Assembly (NCBI GenBank): GCA_977020255.1
Contig: CDROCS010004528.1
Span: 1 to 64,000, forward strand
DNA length: 64,000 nucleotides
Origin: Obrimoposthia wandeli
Taxonomy: Eukaryota
Direction of reading: 5' to 3'
The notes under the pieces are model-generated. The model did no database searches and was not told the origin of the DNA. It worked only from the letters and a program-made list of their open reading frames with translations. The translations under genes and the position numbers were made by a program. Shown here piece by piece: positions 61,946 through 64,000 of this stretch; positions within the stretch are counted from its first letter, which is position 1, and each line of letters opens with the position of its first letter.

Positions 61946-62688
61946 TGCAAGTATCAATGATTGAACTAAAAGCCGCTTTAAAGCGCTGTTTCGAAGCAGC
62001 TGGTTACTTTGTCGGTAACTATGAAGATGCAGCCAACATGATCGTCTGGTTAGAAAAACATGGTTTACAGGGGCTCGCTGAATTAGAGCGCACATTACCT
62101 TACATCAAAGGGGATAGTAACAAAGAGCTCAGCACACTTATTTACCAAGACAGCAGTGCAGCTATTTTAGATTGCCACAATCGAAGCTCGCTCAACAATA
62201 TACCAGCGGCTGTTGATTTAGCTTACGCAAAATCACTTGTTTCGGGAATAGCGACCGTGACGGTACACAACTGTCACAACCGTATGTTTGTCCTCAAAGC
62301 CATTACCGATTGCGGCAGACGTGGAATTAGCGCCGTAGCGTATTGGAAAAACGGTACCATAAAGTCACGAGAGCATACTGTTTCAATAGGCGCAGGTCAT
62401 CGCTATCCGAGTTATCAAGAAGCATTAACTGATCTTCGCACCAGCGATTCGGACCGCCAAAGTTTAGTCATTATATGTAGTGCTCAAGTAGATTTACATA
62501 CCTCTTTACAACAGTCGGCTAAGCACCGAGAAATAAAAAACATTACTTGCTCTCAAATAGAAACCAACAAAGAGCAAAGTATCGATTTTGGAATTACAAT
62601 CAGTGCTGATCTATGGCAAAAAATTAACAGTATTGGTGATGGGGTGTTAGTTGAAAGCACTGAGCTCTCTCGACAAGGAGCCGGTTAA
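61945..62688 (+). CDS. DUF3726-like protein (possible Ldh_2/malate-lactate dehydrogenase-like fold)
   Basis: VSMIELKAALKRCF..G...G..EDAA..IVWLE.HG.G N-terminus. Confidence 0.65.
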   Translation: MQVSMIELKAALKRCFEAAGYFVGNYEDAANMIVWLEKHGLQGLAELERTLPYIKGDSNKELSTLIYQDSSAAILDCHNRSSLNNIPAAVDLAYAKSLVSGIATVTVHNCHNRMFVLKAITDCGRRGISAVAYWKNGTIKSREHTVSIGAGHRYPSYQEALTDLRTSDSDRQSLVIICSAQVDLHTSLQQSAKHREIKNITCSQIETNKEQSIDFGITISADLWQKINSIGDGVLVESTELSRQGAG

Positions 62689-62929
62689 TCATACTTTTTG
62701 CTCTTACGACTGCTCAGGATCCAAGCCGTAGTGTATTACCCTATATCTTAACCTATGCCTTAACCGAAAGCGGCTAGCTGCCAGTTTTAGGTTAACTATC
62801 ATATCCTTAAGATTGCTTTAAGAATTCACCTTGATACTAAGGTTGAAATGTCTGCAAACCTATATGTGCTTTGCCCAATTTAGGGCAAAGATAAATAGCA
62901 GTCATTTAGCCAATAATATGAGGTGATTT

Positions 62930-63469
62930 ATGAATTGGAAAAAAGTAAATAGGCAAATCCACTACTGGGGATCAGCCATTATTATCATACCGGTAGTCAT
63001 TGTGATTGGTTCAGGGCTGTTGTTACAAGTCAAAAAACAATTTCCCTGGGTACAACCTAAAACTGAAAAGACACAAGCAAGGGATTTAACTTTAAGCTTT
63101 GACCGGATTTTATTAACAGCTAAAACAGTGAAAGAGGCTAATATATCCTCTTGGAAAGATGTCGATCGATTAGATGTAAGACCGGGCAAAGGCGTCACTA
63201 AAATAAGAGCCAAGAACAGTTGGGAAATACAGATTCACAACGACACGGCCAAAGTATTAGCAGTTAATTATCGACGCTCGGATCTGATTGAGGCGATTCA
63301 CGACGGTTCTTGGTTTCATGATGACGCAAAATTATGGCTGTTTTTACCCGCCGCTGTGATTTTGTTGGTCCTTTCTTTAACGGGCCTCTATATGTTTTTA
63401 ATCGTGTTTCCATCTAAAATAAGAAGCAGCCGACGAAAAAGGCAGCAATTAAAACAAACGGCTATTTAG
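62930..63469 (+). CDS. PepSY-associated TM domain protein
   Basis: RQIHYW, GSGLLLQVKK, RSDLIEAIHDGSWF, LTGLYMF. Confidence 0.85.
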   Translation: MNWKKVNRQIHYWGSAIIIIPVVIVIGSGLLLQVKKQFPWVQPKTEKTQARDLTLSFDRILLTAKTVKEANISSWKDVDRLDVRPGKGVTKIRAKNSWEIQIHNDTAKVLAVNYRRSDLIEAIHDGSWFHDDAKLWLFLPAAVILLVLSLTGLYMFLIVFPSKIRSSRRKRQQLKQTAI

Positions 63470-63615
63470 CGACTCCCCTAAATTAAAAGTTTAAGATAAT
63501 CTAACTGTTTACTTTTGGAGCATTAATGGATGCTCCAAAAGTTTTTAATTAGTATTAAAAATTACTTATTGTCTTACATAACGTCAAAAGTCTAAAACAA
63601 CTCTGAAACAAAGCC

Positions 63616-63696
63616 AATAAAATATCCACGGGGCAAGTCCCAAGGAAGCAGAAATTTACCCTTGATGATTTAGGCTGCGCCTAATTCCTCTTTACT
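63616..63696. repeat. Dispersed intergenic repeat, copy 4 (internally deleted, ~80 bp)
   Basis: aataaaatatccacggggcaag followed directly by caaggaag...aatttacccttgatgatttaggctgcgcctaatt. Confidence 0.7.
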
Positions 63697-63833
63697 AAAT
63701 TAACTGCACCTTCATTTATTTTACCCCGCAAACATTTTACCTGATAACTATTTTTAACCTGATAAACATTGATACCTTAAGTTTTCTTTAAGAAATACTA
63801 GGCAAAGTAAAGGCTCTAATATTGGAGGTTACT

Positions 63834-64000
63834 ATGCGTCTTTCTCAAGAAAAAACATTGCTACTTAAATGCACACAAATTATCAAGGACACAGCGGATG
63901 TAAAAACATTTAGATTTATTAACCAGCAAAAAGCTCAATTCTCTTTCAAAGCAGGTCAATTTATCACTTTAAAGTTGAACATTAATAATCAAGCATATCA
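63834..64000 (+). CDS. FAD-binding ferredoxin-reductase-type oxidoreductase (Hcr/GbcB-like), 5' end only
   Basis: GGAGG RBS; MRLSQEKTLLLKCTQIIKDTADVKTFRF...FSFKAGQFITL; runs off the window and is absent from the ORF track. Confidence 0.8.
   Translation, partial: MRLSQEKTLLLKCTQIIKDTADVKTFRFINQQKAQFSFKAGQFITLKLNINNQAY

Noticed and set aside
1-64000. tRNA, rRNA, CRISPR arrays, integrases and full IS transposases
   Set aside because: None recognised by eye; tRNAscan-SE, CRISPR finders and ISEScan should confirm.

Overview
AT-rich bacterial DNA, by gene content probably a marine gammaproteobacterium (inference). The window has two parts. (1) Positions 1 to ~19.5 kb are an accessory defence island whose intact-looking genes all lie on the minus strand. 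It holds the dpdE-F-G-H-I-J arm of a Dpd (7-deazaguanine DNA modification/restriction) cluster, which runs off the left edge. It also holds a PD-(D/E)XK-like nuclease with helical repeats, decayed antitoxin and methyltransferase remnants, and a translationally coupled gene pair. The pair encodes a DUF4145/HEPN-like + SF1B helicase + tandem TBP-like-repeat protein and a TPR + multi-OB-fold protein, and is the best candidate for a poorly described anti-phage system (it resembles TOTE-type conflict systems). Most large island genes carry small indels, whereas the core region shows none, so an assembly or polishing artefact must be excluded. (2) Positions ~19.6-64 kb are intact housekeeping and metabolic genes: a GcvT-family dehydrogenase, nsrR, crt/hbd-like genes, many regulators, pspFABC with a textbook sigma54/IHF/UAS region, nth, a GGDEF protein, pbpC with alpha-2-macroglobulin, a PhnCDE-like ABC transporter and an uncharacterised 575-aa + DUF3726-like pair. 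Intergenic DNA holds a four-copy ~150-bp structured repeat family, a 153-bp MITE with a 9-bp target duplication plus a solo end of the same family, and several palindromic operators. No tRNA, rRNA, CRISPR array or integrase was seen. All family assignments come from motif recognition by eye, not database searches.
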